Under the pieces are notes generated by a model. It saw only the letters and a list, made by a program, of their open reading frames with translations. It did no database searches and had not been told where the DNA came from. A DNA stretch of 36,135 bases, taken from the NCBI GenBank assembly GCA_964590575.1, contig CAZPWM010000028.1:1-36135 (forward strand), read 5' to 3'. Shown piece after piece: positions 8,262-21,600 of the stretch. Positions within the stretch are counted from its first letter, which is position 1. Each line of letters begins with the position of its first letter. The stretch comes from an uncultured archaeon. GTDB lineage: Archaea; Asgardarchaeota; Thorarchaeia; Thorarchaeales; Thorarchaeaceae. The position numbers were made by a program, and so were the translations under genes.

Positions 8262-9450
8262 CCATAAAACCCTCAAGACGATTCATTGCCTCTTCTATCA
8301 TATCCGGAGGGGGAAGGAACACACTTCTAAAATGTCCTGCTCCATATTCCTCTCCAAACCCACGACCTGGAACGAAGACGACACCGGTTTCAGCTAAAAC
8401 ATCCTTCACAAACTCCGCATCGTCCTTCCATCTGCCACGCAGCTCAATCTTGGGCATGATATAGAATGCAGCTTCAGGTAGTCTGGTTGATATTGAATCA
8501 ATCTCATTGAGACGCTTGTGGATAAGGTCTCTTCGAGCTCGCATTTTGCTCATTGTTTCCTTGAGATGGCTCCCATCACTTCTTAAAGCCGCAACAGAAG
8601 CAATCTGCGCAGTCGCATTCAAACAGATTCTGATTCGTGCTTGACGAATCATCGCATCATGGAGTGGATCAAGCTCACCATCATTGTCACAGAAGTAAGC
8701 ATACCCCACTCGCCAGCCAGGAGCTAGATACACCTTACTAACTCCATTAAAGCCAATGACCGGAACATCTCCTGAGATACGGGCCATTGGGGTCTGTGGC
8801 TCATCATAAGTAAGCTGGTCGTATATCTCATCCGAAATGAGTGGCAATCCATACTCTCCCGCGATGTCAACAATCTCTCTCAATGTCTTTTCGTTGTATA
8901 CTGAACCAGTGGGATTGTTGGGATTGATCACTAGGATACCTACTGTCTTATCGGTAATCTTGTTCCTCAGATCTTCAGTGTCAGGATTCCAGTCATCCTC
9001 CTCTACGGTCCTGTAAGCTACTGGATTTCCTCCGAAAAACTTCACGAAGGAAATGTAAGGTGGGTAGCTTGGACCAGGAACAAGAAGTTCTGCACCATCA
9101 CTGATTAGGGCTCCTGACAAAAATTGTATTGCCTCAGATACACCTGCAGTCACCACCATCCGGTTGGGGTCCACGTCAATACCATTGATTCTTTTTTCCT
9201 TTTCCGCTGCAGCGCGTCGTAATTCTGGTTCTCCCTCAGAGGGTGAATACCCATTCCATCCATCCTGTCCAGCCTTACAGAGAGCATCTACCATGAACTG
9301 AGGAGTCTTCCAGTCGTATGCTATGGGGTCTCCAATATTGAGATAGAGTGGTTTCTCGCCCGTCCTCTTCTCGTACTGCTTCGCTGCGACAACTATGTCG
9401 CGAATTGCATACTGGAGATTTGCCGCGCGTGGAGTGATATTGAGTTTCAT
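8251..9450 (-). CDS. PLP-dependent class I/II aminotransferase (alanine aminotransferase AlaA/AlaT-like)
   Basis: YAIR, LNIGDP, GYSPSEG, INPNNPTG, SDEIYD, the PLP-lysine motif NGVSKVYLAPGWRVG, and the AlaT-type C-terminal HFRSVFLPP. Confidence 0.92.
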   Translation of the reverse strand: MKLNITPRAANLQYAIRDIVVAAKQYEKRTGEKPLYLNIGDPIAYDWKTPQFMVDALCKAGQDGWNGYSPSEGEPELRRAAAEKEKRINGIDVDPNRMVVTAGVSEAIQFLSGALISDGAELLVPGPSYPPYISFVKFFGGNPVAYRTVEEDDWNPDTEDLRNKITDKTVGILVINPNNPTGSVYNEKTLREIVDIAGEYGLPLISDEIYDQLTYDEPQTPMARISGDVPVIGFNGVSKVYLAPGWRVGYAYFCDNDGELDPLHDAMIRQARIRICLNATAQIASVAALRSDGSHLKETMSKMRARRDLIHKRLNEIDSISTRLPEAAFYIMPKIELRGRWKDDAEFVKDVLAETGVVFVPGRGFGEEYGAGHFRSVFLPPPDMIEEAMNRLEGFMAKR

Positions 9451-9575
9451 TTTTACCCCTGCGTGTAATGCCCATCATCCTACGTATATTGTTTTCCTTC
9501 TGCTCAACTTTATACTTGCTCACTTAGCAATTAAATTTCTAATATATACTACCCACTTGGAATCATCATGGGGCT

Positions 9576-9615
9576 GTTGACCCCGAAATGTAGGGGCCAA
9601 CCTCCCGTAGGGATT
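9576..9615 (-). terminator. Hairpins immediately downstream of the giant gene
   Basis: On the minus strand: TCCC-TAC-GGGA, then GTTGGCCCC-N8-GGGGTCAAC (9-bp stem with one G-U pair). There is no clear T tract. Confidence 0.35.
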
Positions 9616-9626
9616 GTGGTCCTCTA

Positions 9627-12600
9627 CTACATGTCTTTTCTTTTTCTGCGTGTCCAAACCACTTTCGGATGAGGAATAACGACATACAGAAGTGTGAAAC
9701 ACACGAAGCCAACGAGAAGAGCTAGGTCAAGAGGTACATATGCTGTATCTACCTGAAAGAGAGCCGCAGGAAGTGTCACCGGTGCAGCAATTGCATCGTG
9801 TGCCACAACGTACATCAAATTGTTACCATAACACAGCACATCACGTCCGGATGCACTATAGAAATGCCCAACTCTCGGGTCAAAATTGCTTGTGAGGTCC
9901 TCCTTCCAATAGTGCCAGAGCAGTCGGGCAGTAAATCCGTCGACAACATTGATGTACTCCTTGTTTGTCAGCACGAGATCGGTCCATCCATCTGCATTCA
10001 TATCTTCAAGGACAATGTGCGTGTCCTTTCCTCCCAACACCAGTGGAGCATTGTATCTCCAAACCTCGGTTCCAGTAAAGCTGTAGGCAATTGCTCCATA
10101 CCTCTCAAGATTGACCACCAATTCATCCACACTGTCATTGTTGTAGAGGTCACCGGCAAAGAATTCTCTCACTGTGCCAGTGGCGAAGTTGAGAGTGAAG
10201 CTGCCTCCTCCAACAAACTCAAACATATGGATATCTGAGCCGGAGTCCATTACAGCCAAGTCAGCAGATCCGTCTCCGTTGAAATCGCCAGCCGCGAGGC
10301 CATATGTCGATGTTGGAGAAGCAGTGGTGAAGAAAGCACCGTTCCCACCATTGTAGATTCGAGCATTGATTATCGATGCACCCATTGCTATGTCTGCTGT
10401 TGTGCCTCCTCTGAAGTTACCAACCGCCATGCGATACGAAGTTGCAGTCGAGGTAAAGCCATCTGCTTTGGTATTATAGAGAACATTACCCGCCTCATCA
10501 TACCATTCTATGTATACCTGGCTGCCACCAGACAGCTGTCGAATCAAGACAGCAAGTTCCTCAAAATCATTTCCAGCTGCACTACTGAAATCTGCAACCC
10601 TGATGCCTTCGACTTCGTGTGCGTCTGGTGCCTTTATGTGGAATAGGAGTTGGCCATCCAAGCCATCAATTATGTACACACTCTGCAGGCCAGACCACAC
10701 AGCAAGATCCTTGGTGGACCAATCGCTGATGTAGCCAATCTGGATATCAGATATCTTTGATTCAAATGTGATATTCCATCCGACCTTCATTGTCAAGCCA
10801 TCAATGAGAGCGAGAGTGTACTTCCCATCCGTGTTCCGACCTGCAACAACAATCTCGTCGAGAGGTTTCCCATCAATGTCATCAACCCATACGCCATAGA
10901 CGTTATTGACTCCCATCTCCCAGTAGAGGTCATGGTTCTCGTAGGCTACGACGTCTGGAGCCTCGGTTGGAATCACTGCTTGCACGGCGACTATGTCCTC
11001 ATGAGTATAATCCCAAGCAACAATAGAATCGAACTCACTTCCTGGTAGATATGCCCTCGTGACCTCTGTATAAACACCATCTGAATAATTGAACCAGATG
11101 GGCACGCCATTCCTGCCATCAATTGCGAGCACGATACCGATATCCAGTGGGCCGCCAGCATCATAAATCGCACCAGCAGCTACGATGTCATAGTTACCAG
11201 ATCCACCGATTTGAGCGATATCAACATCCCATATGCCAACGAGATACCCCAGCGCCCAGAGATGTGTTAGATCATAGTGCCACTGAGTGACACCCGATTT
11301 GACCTCCTCCAGATAGATGCCACTGTAGTAGGTCTGAACCAGAATCTCAACGATGTTGTCACCATCGAAATCAGCAATCCGTATCTCATTGATAATTCCC
11401 ATATAGGATGAATTGTAGTAGATGAGACCAGTTGTCACGTCAAGTATGTGAGTACTATTCCATGTAAATACAACATCATCAAAACCGTCATAATTGAAGT
11501 CGTGAGCAAGGATGTTGGAGGTCACGCTCGCAGTGAGTGCTGGACTCTGATAGAAAATTGTCCCATTTAGAGGATTCACGACAAAAAGTTCGCCATTGAG
11601 ATTGACAATTGCCACTTGTGGTAATAGGTCGTTAGTGAAATTCCCTACAACCGGTGAGAATTGAGGATACGCACCAAAGGCGTTGTGTGCCAGCATAGTG
11701 CCATTTGCATAAAGGACCCATAACTCGCCTGCATAGTCAGTGAACAGCACTTCAGGAAGTCCATCACCTGTGACATCTCCAGTGGTCAACTGCCAGACAT
11801 AGGAGGTGCTATCATATGACCACATGAGACTTCCATTATGAATGTCCAAGACATAGAGAATAGTGTCATTTCCTGCACAGAGGACCTCTGGTATAGTATC
11901 ATTGTTGATGTCACGGAGTATCATATCATTGAATCCATCATTGGAATCAGTGAATTCCCATCTCACAGATCCATCATCATCGAGTGCGAACACGCTCTTT
12001 TCGTTTGAATGAGCAGCAATAACCTCATCATAGCCGTCCAAGTCGAAGTCGTAGCTATCCATCATATCAGACATGATAACCCAGGTGAAGTCACCGGCAG
12101 TAGGTGTTGTCCAGAGCTGTTGCGAGTACATGAGATTGACTGCTCCCTCGGAGGGATCTAAGTATTCCCACAGGTAGACATCACCACGCTCTGTAGAAAT
12201 ACCAATCTCATCCCATCCATTTCCATTTGTATCAGACACTGTGACTCCTGTCACTGGATGAGTAAATGGATCTGAGAGCCAGACTTCTTCATGGGTCATG
12301 AATCCAGTTCCGTTCGTGGAATGCTTCATCTCATAGACTCCAACTTGATTGTCGAAACCGGCAACAACCTCACGTCTACCGTCGCTATCTGTGTCTCCAG
12401 TGTCTAGGTCAACTACATTCCGTAAATGGTTCTTCGTCCAGTCAGACTGACGATTGATGCCATAGTTGATGAAGTGGAATTTCCAAAATACTGGATTATC
12501 CATAATGATACCTGCGGGAACGTAAACGCTGTAGGAGAATGTTGAGGTATACATGAAACCAGCATCATCCATTGCAACAACAGCTGGCGAGAATACTGAG

Positions 12601-15600
12601 AGCTGTAACGGCCCCCAGAAAATAGTGGGACCACCAGGGAATTGATAATAGACAATGCCGCCAGGAAGCTCAACACGTTCAATATAGTCGGGAATAGTAT
12701 TGAGGTTTTCTTGATAGCTCCAAGTACGACCCTTTGTTGTACTCGCGACCATTCCAATACGGTCTTCCAAGGGAACACCCATAGTTTCGTATATCACGAC
12801 AATAGAGCGTTCTGGTGATTCTAGCTCACCGATGTCGACAAACATTTCATCATCGAAGAGTGTTGTAGCCTGATGAGGACTGGATAGGGTGAAGTTGAAG
12901 TTCGACTCTTCATCACTGACGAACACCCACACATCATAATCGGCCTTCGATGACTTGGTGTAGACAGCTGACATCGCGATGGCATATTGATACTTATCAT
13001 CTCCATCGTCATCAGCTAGCTTCACCACATCCACGTCATGAGCCTGGAAGTATGTCCTATCATTGAAGTTGGGATGGCAGTTCGTCCATGAACCAGAGAG
13101 GTCCTTCAAGATATATGCCGCGCCAACGCGTCCGTAAATATTACCTGAGATGATATTCCATGCATCGTACATGAAGACAAAACCAACATGCGTACTGTCA
13201 TACTCAAAGACACTTGGCCAGTATCTATCATAGAAGGTTGTACCGATGGGCTGCACACCATAGGTGTCTCGCCAGAGGAGCACTCCATGCCACCCTGTGC
13301 TTGTATCAAAGTAGCAGATTGCTACGTAGTGGTTAGCTAGAGTATCGTACACTTCCCACATGATGTACAGGTCGCCATCAGGCATAGATTGTATGGAGGG
13401 TCGAATCTCTCTCACAATGGAACTTGCATTCCCAGTGTATGTCATACCAGTGGATGGAGTAAGGAGGTATTCACCATATGACCACAGATCATTAGGTTCT
13501 AGGTATAACTTAAGCCAGATTCGAGAGGCATTCTCATAGACCATGAAGATGTAGTCATCGAATGGACCGATACCCCGTGCCATGTCCTTTATAGACCGCT
13601 CCGTCGTGATTGTGTCCAATTCATCAGCAGGTGTTCCACTTGGCCAGTGAGCCTTCTTCAGAGGAACAACAGGATAGTTGGGGGATGCAGTGACGTACTC
13701 CACCTTCTGGTATTCAGAGTCAGTGCCCGGAATCCATTCCCAGAGATCGAATCCATGGGTATGACCGATGACAATCTCTTGAGCACCGTCATAGTCTTGG
13801 TCATCGAGCCTGATGACACTGATTGGATTCCAATAGGTCACCTCCTCAGGTGCTTCCCATGCCTTGTAGAACGTGCCTCCTTGACATTCGTAAATGTGAA
13901 CGAATCCATTCTGCCGCTCGAATCGAGTGTCTTCGATTCCACCAATGATCACTTCCTTGTAACCGTCTTCGTCGGTATCACAGAGGGTCATGGTGTTGAT
14001 GTAGTAGTATCGGAAGTCTGGATACTCGGGATTACCCACAAGGAAGTATCGACCTTCCAATGCTGAATGTGTGACAAAGAATTCCGTTTCATTCATTCCT
14101 TCAAAGGTACCAACAGGCACATTGTAGATGAACAGGTATGGACCGGCTGCCACAGCAAGCTCCATTTCACCATTATAGTCGAGGTCGTCACCTGCAGCCA
14201 TGGCTGTAATCTCAGTCACTTCTTCCCAGCCAGCACGACTAGACCACTCAGTATCTCTCAGGTCAATCGAATAGACGAACTGTATTTCGTCACCACCATA
14301 GAGACCCTTGTCTTCAAAGACATAAATCTGCAGATTGGCAGACACGATAATCTCCTTGAGACCGTCTTGGTCCAAATCCACATCTGCAACCAGATGGTTC
14401 GCATGGTCCCATATCCGTCTATTGAAATCCCCAGAGATGCCTTCCAAGTCCTCATAGAGATACGGAGATACATCCGAAATCTCTGTGTGATTGAGGTCAA
14501 AGGACCTAAACATTCGTTTGTAGTTGTTGTTTGCGAGGTGCTCGAAGACGTACACATTATTATCATAATCCCCAACGATCAATTCATTGTTTCCATCACC
14601 ATCGATGTCTCCAGCGGTAATGGTCAATGTCCAATCCCCTAGGTCAGCATCATTACTCCAAGACTCATGAACATGGAATCCGATGTTGTTATAGATCTCA
14701 TATCCAACAAGACCACCACTCATGAGACTGAAGTCAAGTTGTGCTACACGTGGATAGCTTGCAACAATATAGCTCTCAGTTGTGTCGAACTCAGGAGCAG
14801 CCCAGGCAAGTCTCTGGTTCCCCTCACGGTAGCCTGCAAGGGTCCAGTTAAAGTCCATGTCCCAGCCCCAGAACTCGTACCATCGCTCAAGGGTGTAGCC
14901 ACTAAAGTAGCTCCCCATCTTTGGTACGATACGAATGTCTGTGAAGTTCTGGTACTTCATGTTCGTTTCAGGGAGTGGATTAGACATTATCATCTTGTCC
15001 TCGACCCAGGTAGGATTCTCTGCCGTACCATCGTTTATCCAACATGTGGCACCCATCTTGTTAGAGTAGCTGAGTATGAGATCGAGGTCGCCATCACTGT
15101 CAATATCGACCATCTCAGGCTGTCCCCAGATCTTACTTGTCTGTTTGGCATTAATCTCATCATAGTACCCTCTTACAAGTGTAAAGTTCATTGTTCCTGA
15201 TTCATACCACATGTTACGTGCCATGTAGATATGGCCATTTGACACTGTGAAGTCGAGGTCGCCATCACCATCAAAGTCTGCAAAGTCTAATTTTGGCTCC
15301 ACGGGTGCCATGTTTATGACCTCGGTCAGTTCACCAGTAGAATCTATCTCCCAGAGATCTATTCGGTCGCTGAACACAGATAGCTCGTCACTTCGATAGT
15401 AGAAGACAACTGCAGCACGTGTAGGATCAGTCGTAGAGGAGGTGAGGGGGATATCCTCCAAGGATATCTCTGGGTTGAATAGACCAAGTGCAATGAAAGG
15501 CCATATACTGTAGGGATTTGCCAGCTCAAGTCCGTTCATGAACAGTGGCGCTTCGACAGAAACGCTATCCCAGCCATCTCCTGCGATTTCAATATTGATA

Positions 15601-18600
15601 TTATTGAAGTAAGCCTGAGTAGTGAAATCGATTTCTGGGCCAATACCAACTGGCACAACATCAGGAACAGTGAAGACACGTACCTGTCCCTCATTTGTTC
15701 CCATCAGGTAGTTGAATGTAGCACCACCAAAGAGCCATGGATTCAGCGTTGCGTAGCTCCAGGAGCTGTAGGTTGTTCCAGCGTCAGGGACCCAAGGCAT
15801 TCCATACTGCCAGTTCCAAGTTGGTACATCTGGCTGATTTCCAACATAAATCATGTCCCAGATGTTCGCGCCAAAGGTGTAGAATGAATCATCTCCGGAG
15901 TCATATATCACATCATACTCGAATGATGTGTCGTTGTACATTATGGCATTAATCTCGCCAGTTACACTCCCCACGATGATCTTGATTGGCTCATCTAAGC
16001 CCTGAAGGTAACTCATGCCATCAAGTCTTAAGGGTCCTACTGTCACGCTCAATGCGTCGGTGAGTGTGTTGTAGACCTGCTCTAGTTCGATTCCATTGAC
16101 CTGGTAGAACCCTGAGTTATTCACCATGATCTTAGCATACCTGAACCAGTCCCATTTTCTATGTGAAAGCGCGTCGTCAACATCGACTCCAACCACATCA
16201 ACATCTGGATTGTATCTGTCCGATGAGATAAGTTCCCAGTCTGTACCGTCCTGTGAGATATAGAACCAGAAGTCTGAACTTAAGTGACTCAAATCAGTCC
16301 CTGCTTTGAAATAGATCTCAAGGTCGTCATTGCTATTGGCTCCACCCGTTCCTTCCTCATCAAGACCGAAGTCCAGAATTGCAGTGGCATTATCAACACC
16401 AACCAGAAATGCATTGAAATTGGAGAAGTTCCCATCCAACGCGCCTCCATGATGGACCGGTCCAGCCATTCCAGAGTTGTACGGGTACACGCTGGCGTCT
16501 GGTTCAAAGATCAAGAGAACATCATTCCAAACATACTCAATCGGTTCATTCTCTATGATAGTGATATCCAAAGGATCATGGTAAGTTACATTATGGGCAT
16601 ATATCATTCTGTCTACATAATTGTCGAGTCCCCAGAATCCAAAGGTCTCCCATGGTTTGAAGTCACGATACACTTTTTGATAGTCATAGGTGTGTGTCCA
16701 CGGGTTCCATTCAAGCGTGAAGACTCCTTGGCCTTGAGCCACCAACACAATATCATCACCAGGAGTGTTGTCAAGCTCACCTACAGCCATTGACTGGATT
16801 GGTGTCCAAGTGTAGTTCTCTGATGTCCAATTGAGGTAGTAATGGTTATCATAGATCAGCGGGAATGGCTGTCCGTTTATCATGATAGTAATTCCATCAT
16901 TCTCAAAGACATAGACAGTCCCATCTCTTGAGCCGCAAATAATCTCCGGAAGACCATTGTAGTTCGTGTCACCGGTTTCCAGACTGTAGATCTTCTCTCC
17001 CGCGTCAAGTGTTGCCACTTCATCATAGGTGATCCAATGTTCCTCGACAAAGGGATATCCAGAGTGATTGTCGTACTCGAAGAGATGCAGCTTACCATCC
17101 CAGCCGCCTGCAATGATATCAGGTCGATAATCACGATCAACATCATCGACTTTCAATGCGAAGACTCGAAACATGTCTGGTGATGTCCAGACATGATCGA
17201 ACTGATTCTCTGTGTTTGCGTATGGGTCATAGAGGTGACGTTGTTCAAATACGTATACGTATCCATCGGTACACCCAGCCACAATTTCGATGAGGTTGTT
17301 AAGGTCCGTATCACCGAAGTCGAGTGCCATGACATCGCTTTGGAAAACACTGTCCCCTGTGTCCCAGACCTTGTCCCATAGATTTGTCTGAGTGTTCAGT
17401 CTAAACACGTGGATCTGGTTGTCATACAGATAACCACCACCAAGTGCCAGAAAGCCAGTGCCCTCGTCATATGCTACAGCATGAATTGCCGCTTTTGAAC
17501 GCCATGGTTCGTAGTTCATTGCATAATCATTCACCCTATCGCCAAGGACCTGACCGATGTCCTGATCTGATGGCATCTTCTGAACAGTGGGATTGAACAT
17601 CTCAGCAATTTGTCCTTGAAGCTCAGGTGGGAGGTCCTCCCAACCTGCAGGATACTGGTCGAAAGCTGAGGTATCCTCTTCCGTTCCCCGCATGGGTGCG
17701 CTTGGAACATATCCGAATGAACTAACCAACAACATACCCAAGAATGTCAATGCAAGGAACATCAACGCAAGACTACTGCCACCCTTTCTGCTATTCTTCT
17801 TGGAGGTTGTACTCTTCTTCTCTTTCTTAGACGAGTCACTCTTCTTCTCGGAGCTCTTCTCTTTGCTCTTCTCGGAAACATCTTCGGCGAGCGCTTCCAA
17901 CTCGGGAGGTTTCTCACCAGGTTCCGGTCCCCGCCGTTTCTTCCTGTACCTCAGGATCAATGGCAGTCCATAAAGTAGGAATAATATCACAAAGATTCCA
18001 ATCCCAGCTCCCACAGCCAGGTACACAAGTGGGCTGATAGGCTCAAGGTAGGTTGGAGCTGCAGCCACTGTGAAGATTCTGATAGCCATATGGGTGTCGT
18101 CATCGTAGTCTACAGCAAACACTTGGAGTTCGTATGTGCCTATCTCCCACTGCATAGCTGTATAAGTCCAAGTCATCGTCACAGGATTGTAGGTCATTGT
18201 CAGATTGTTACTCCACCCTGCACTCGTGTTATATCTGAACTTCATACTCTTGAATGACGTGAAGTTCAGAACATTCACATCAACAGTCTGGGCGTTGTTC
18301 ACTATGGCCAGAGGCATTAGAACGTCCATTGACGCCTCGCCACGCGACACTGATATCGCCTGCTCATACTCGGTGATTGTGGTGTTTGTCAAGGGATTGG
18401 TCCCAATCACAATCTCCATTCCATCTGGATAGCCATCCCCATCTGAATCCGCTGATGCGGGGTTAGTACCATAGAGGTAGTATTCATCACCGTCAGATAT
18501 GCCATCGCCATCTGAGTCTTGAACGAATATCCCTCCGCCAAGCCTGTAGAGCTTAAGTTGAAACTCAATACCGTCTTCAAGTCCATCGAAGTCTGTGTCA

Positions 18601-21600
18601 AATTCCAGTGTGTCGGGGACCCCATCATCATCTGAGTCGTCATCCAACGGGTCCGTATGGTAGAAATTGACTTCTGCACCATCAGGTAGCCAGTCGTCAT
18701 CACAGTCTGGATCTGTAGCTAATGTTTCATAAATCGCCTGTGATGGAACGAACTGTAATATCGGCGATTCTTCAGCTAACGCAAACATAGATTCGTGCGT
18801 ATACGCATACATCTCTTCAGTTTCCATTCCTATAGACCAGTTACTCGGCGGCCACGGGCCATATGGCCAGACCTCCACTAGGGTTTCTTCGAAATCATAG
18901 AGCTCATCGCCGTCTGTGTCGTTGTATAATGCTGACGTGTTGTAGACCCAGGTTTCCCACCAGTCCGTTATCGTATCGTTATCTGTATCATTGTTTGCAG
19001 GATTTGTGTTGAACACCAGAACTTCCTGATAGTCAATCAGAAGGTCGTCATCAGAATCTCGATCAACAGGAGAGGTATTGTATCTGAAGACAAGGGTCAT
19101 TGCTCTGTATGGATAGATGAGTCCTGACACATTCTCTATTGCCATCTCAGCTCCATCGGGGATGAAGTCATGGTCAGTGTCCTTGTTTGCCGGGTCAAGT
19201 GGAATTGGGTCTAGCCATGGCACTAGTCCAGATGCGAGATAAAGCTCCATTGCGTCACTAAGCCCATCCTGATCCGTGTCTGCTTCTGTGACGTTTGTAA
19301 ATACCCACTCCTGATACATTATGCCAGATTCGTTCATTTTGAAGATATAGAAGCCATTAACCTCTTGATAGTCATTTAATGGGAAGGTCATCTCACCGAA
19401 CTCGTTTGGCTCAGTTATCGAGTCGCCATCGGTATCCCATGAAAGTGGGTCACAGTCATAGAGTTCAATCTCCTCACCATCAGACAGAAGGTCATCATCC
19501 GTGTCATAATCAAACGGATCCGTGTAATAGACGAAAATTTCTTCATAATCCGTGAGCCCATCATTATCCGAATCCTCGTCCATTGGATCTGAGCCATATA
19601 TCAGAACTTCGTCGCCATCGTAGATCATATCCGCGTCGCTATCATCAGTCATGGGATTTGTGTGCCAGAAGTAGACCTCTTCTCCGTCTCCAAGACCATC
19701 GAAGTCTGAGTCCCAGACATTGGGATTAGTGAAGAAGGTGTAGAACTCATCACCATCGGAAATCATGTCTCCGTCGGTGTCCTGTTCTCGTGGGTCTGAG
19801 CCAAGCAGAATCTCCTGAAGGTCAAATAGTCCGTCATCATCAGTGTCAGGGTCTAATGGATTAGTGTGGTTGCTGTACGGGTTCAATACGCCCTCCAGAC
19901 CGTCCAGAATCCCATCATCATCAGAATCACCATCGGTTGGATCAGTGGGCGGCGTCTGAGCAAGCTCATAGCCATCACTGTTAAGCCACAATCCTGGCTG
20001 AGGTGTTCGGTCTGTGACACCTGTGTCTCCATCCGTATCCGGATTACATGGATTGGTGAACACGTGTTTATTCTCAGGCTCACCTTCTTCATCATAGATG
20101 ATAATCCAGAATCCGGCAACTTCTGCGCCATCATTCATGTCCTTTAGGAAGAGGTATGCTTGAGAGTCGACAACTCCATTGTAGAGTTGTAACGCAGAGT
20201 CATCATCTGTATCAGCATCTAGTGGATGAGTAAAGCCTCCGTTGAAAATCAGAGGATTCGGATCCATCGCCCAACCAGTTTCCGAAGTGGAATCTTCAGT
20301 GTCGTTATAGAGTGCAGGGTCTCCGTAATAGGCCCCCATTGGGCCTTCATCTCCATCCACAAGCCCATCTCCGTCTGTGTCAGGATTCAAAGGGTCGGTG
20401 CGATCATTGTAGGACTCCCCTCCGATGATGATCTCTGTGACAGTGGGGGTTACGTTGGAAATGTCGAGTTTGGTGTATATCTCATATGAATCACTGAGTC
20501 CATCTCCATCAGTGTCTTGCTCGAGCGGATTGGTCCCATAGACCTCCACTTCCTTGTAGTCATCGACATCATCCCAGTCAGTATCTTCGCGCATTGGGTT
20601 GGTTCCAAGGTCCCACTCACGTCCATCAAGAAGCCCGTCTCCATCGCTGTCAGGATTGGCATGGTCCGTTCCCATGGTTTGGAACTCGAGTTTGTCATTT
20701 GCCCCATCATTGTCAGTATCTGCCTTGTTCTTATCCAATCCAGGTGTTTCATCTTCGAAAGTGTCCGCAAGCCCGTCTCCGTCAGTGTCAAATCCTACTC
20801 CCGATTCGTTGTACTCCACTTCACCCTTATTCGGTGACAGGTCCCATGGACCGCCAGGCTCCCAAGTGAATTTAGCAGAATCACTGAACATCAGAAATCG
20901 GAACTTCACCTTAAGCGTGAATATCAGCCGCAGCGTTATCTTCATTGGCGCTGGGTCCGCGAAGTCTTGGAAGAACGTCAGAATGATCTCCAGCGTTCCG
21001 TCTATGGTTATAGCCACGATTATCAGCTCTATGGGAATGTGCAGCGATAGACCGAAAATGATAGTGAGGGTCATACTGGATACCTCTGCGGCCACTGCAG
21101 TGGCTGCCTTCTTGACAATATCAATTGCTATCTCAAAGTACACTTCGATTGTTATCATATCCAGACCTAGGAATTCTGCCACCGTATTTAGTGCGCCACC
21201 GCCCACTCCAGCTGTCAGGAAATCAAGAAGCGTGAATACTTTCCCAATGTGGATTTTAATGTGAAGGCTCCACTCTACGATCTTGAAGAAATTATCCCAC
21301 TCAAACATTCCTCCTCTGAAAGTGAAAAGATTCACGACAAATTTAGCAGAACCTTCGAATGAGAGCTTGAGACCAAGGGATGAGAGCATTGTTTTCATGA
21401 GAGCGTTCTTTTCGGTGTCGAAACCGCCAATACCAAGTTCCGCGTAGAATTGTGGCGAAATCTCGAAGAAGCTCAGCATAGTCTTGAAGAAGTCTCCAAT
21501 GTTGTCCATTGAGAAGACCTCACGAGCATCGAAAATCATGCTCACAATCATATCGAATATGGGGTTTAGGTCAATAGCGAAATTGGCTCGGATTCCCAGA

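Noticed and set aside
9599-9615. AACCTCCCGTAGGGA resembles the 3' end of a TPP riboswitch
   Set aside because: The CTGAGA and CCTGAT core elements are missing, and the position and strand do not fit any thiamine gene.
18390-20795. Periodic sequence considered as a CRISPR array or DNA tandem repeat
   Set aside because: The periodicity is at the protein level, with diverged codons and no identical repeats separated by unique spacers.
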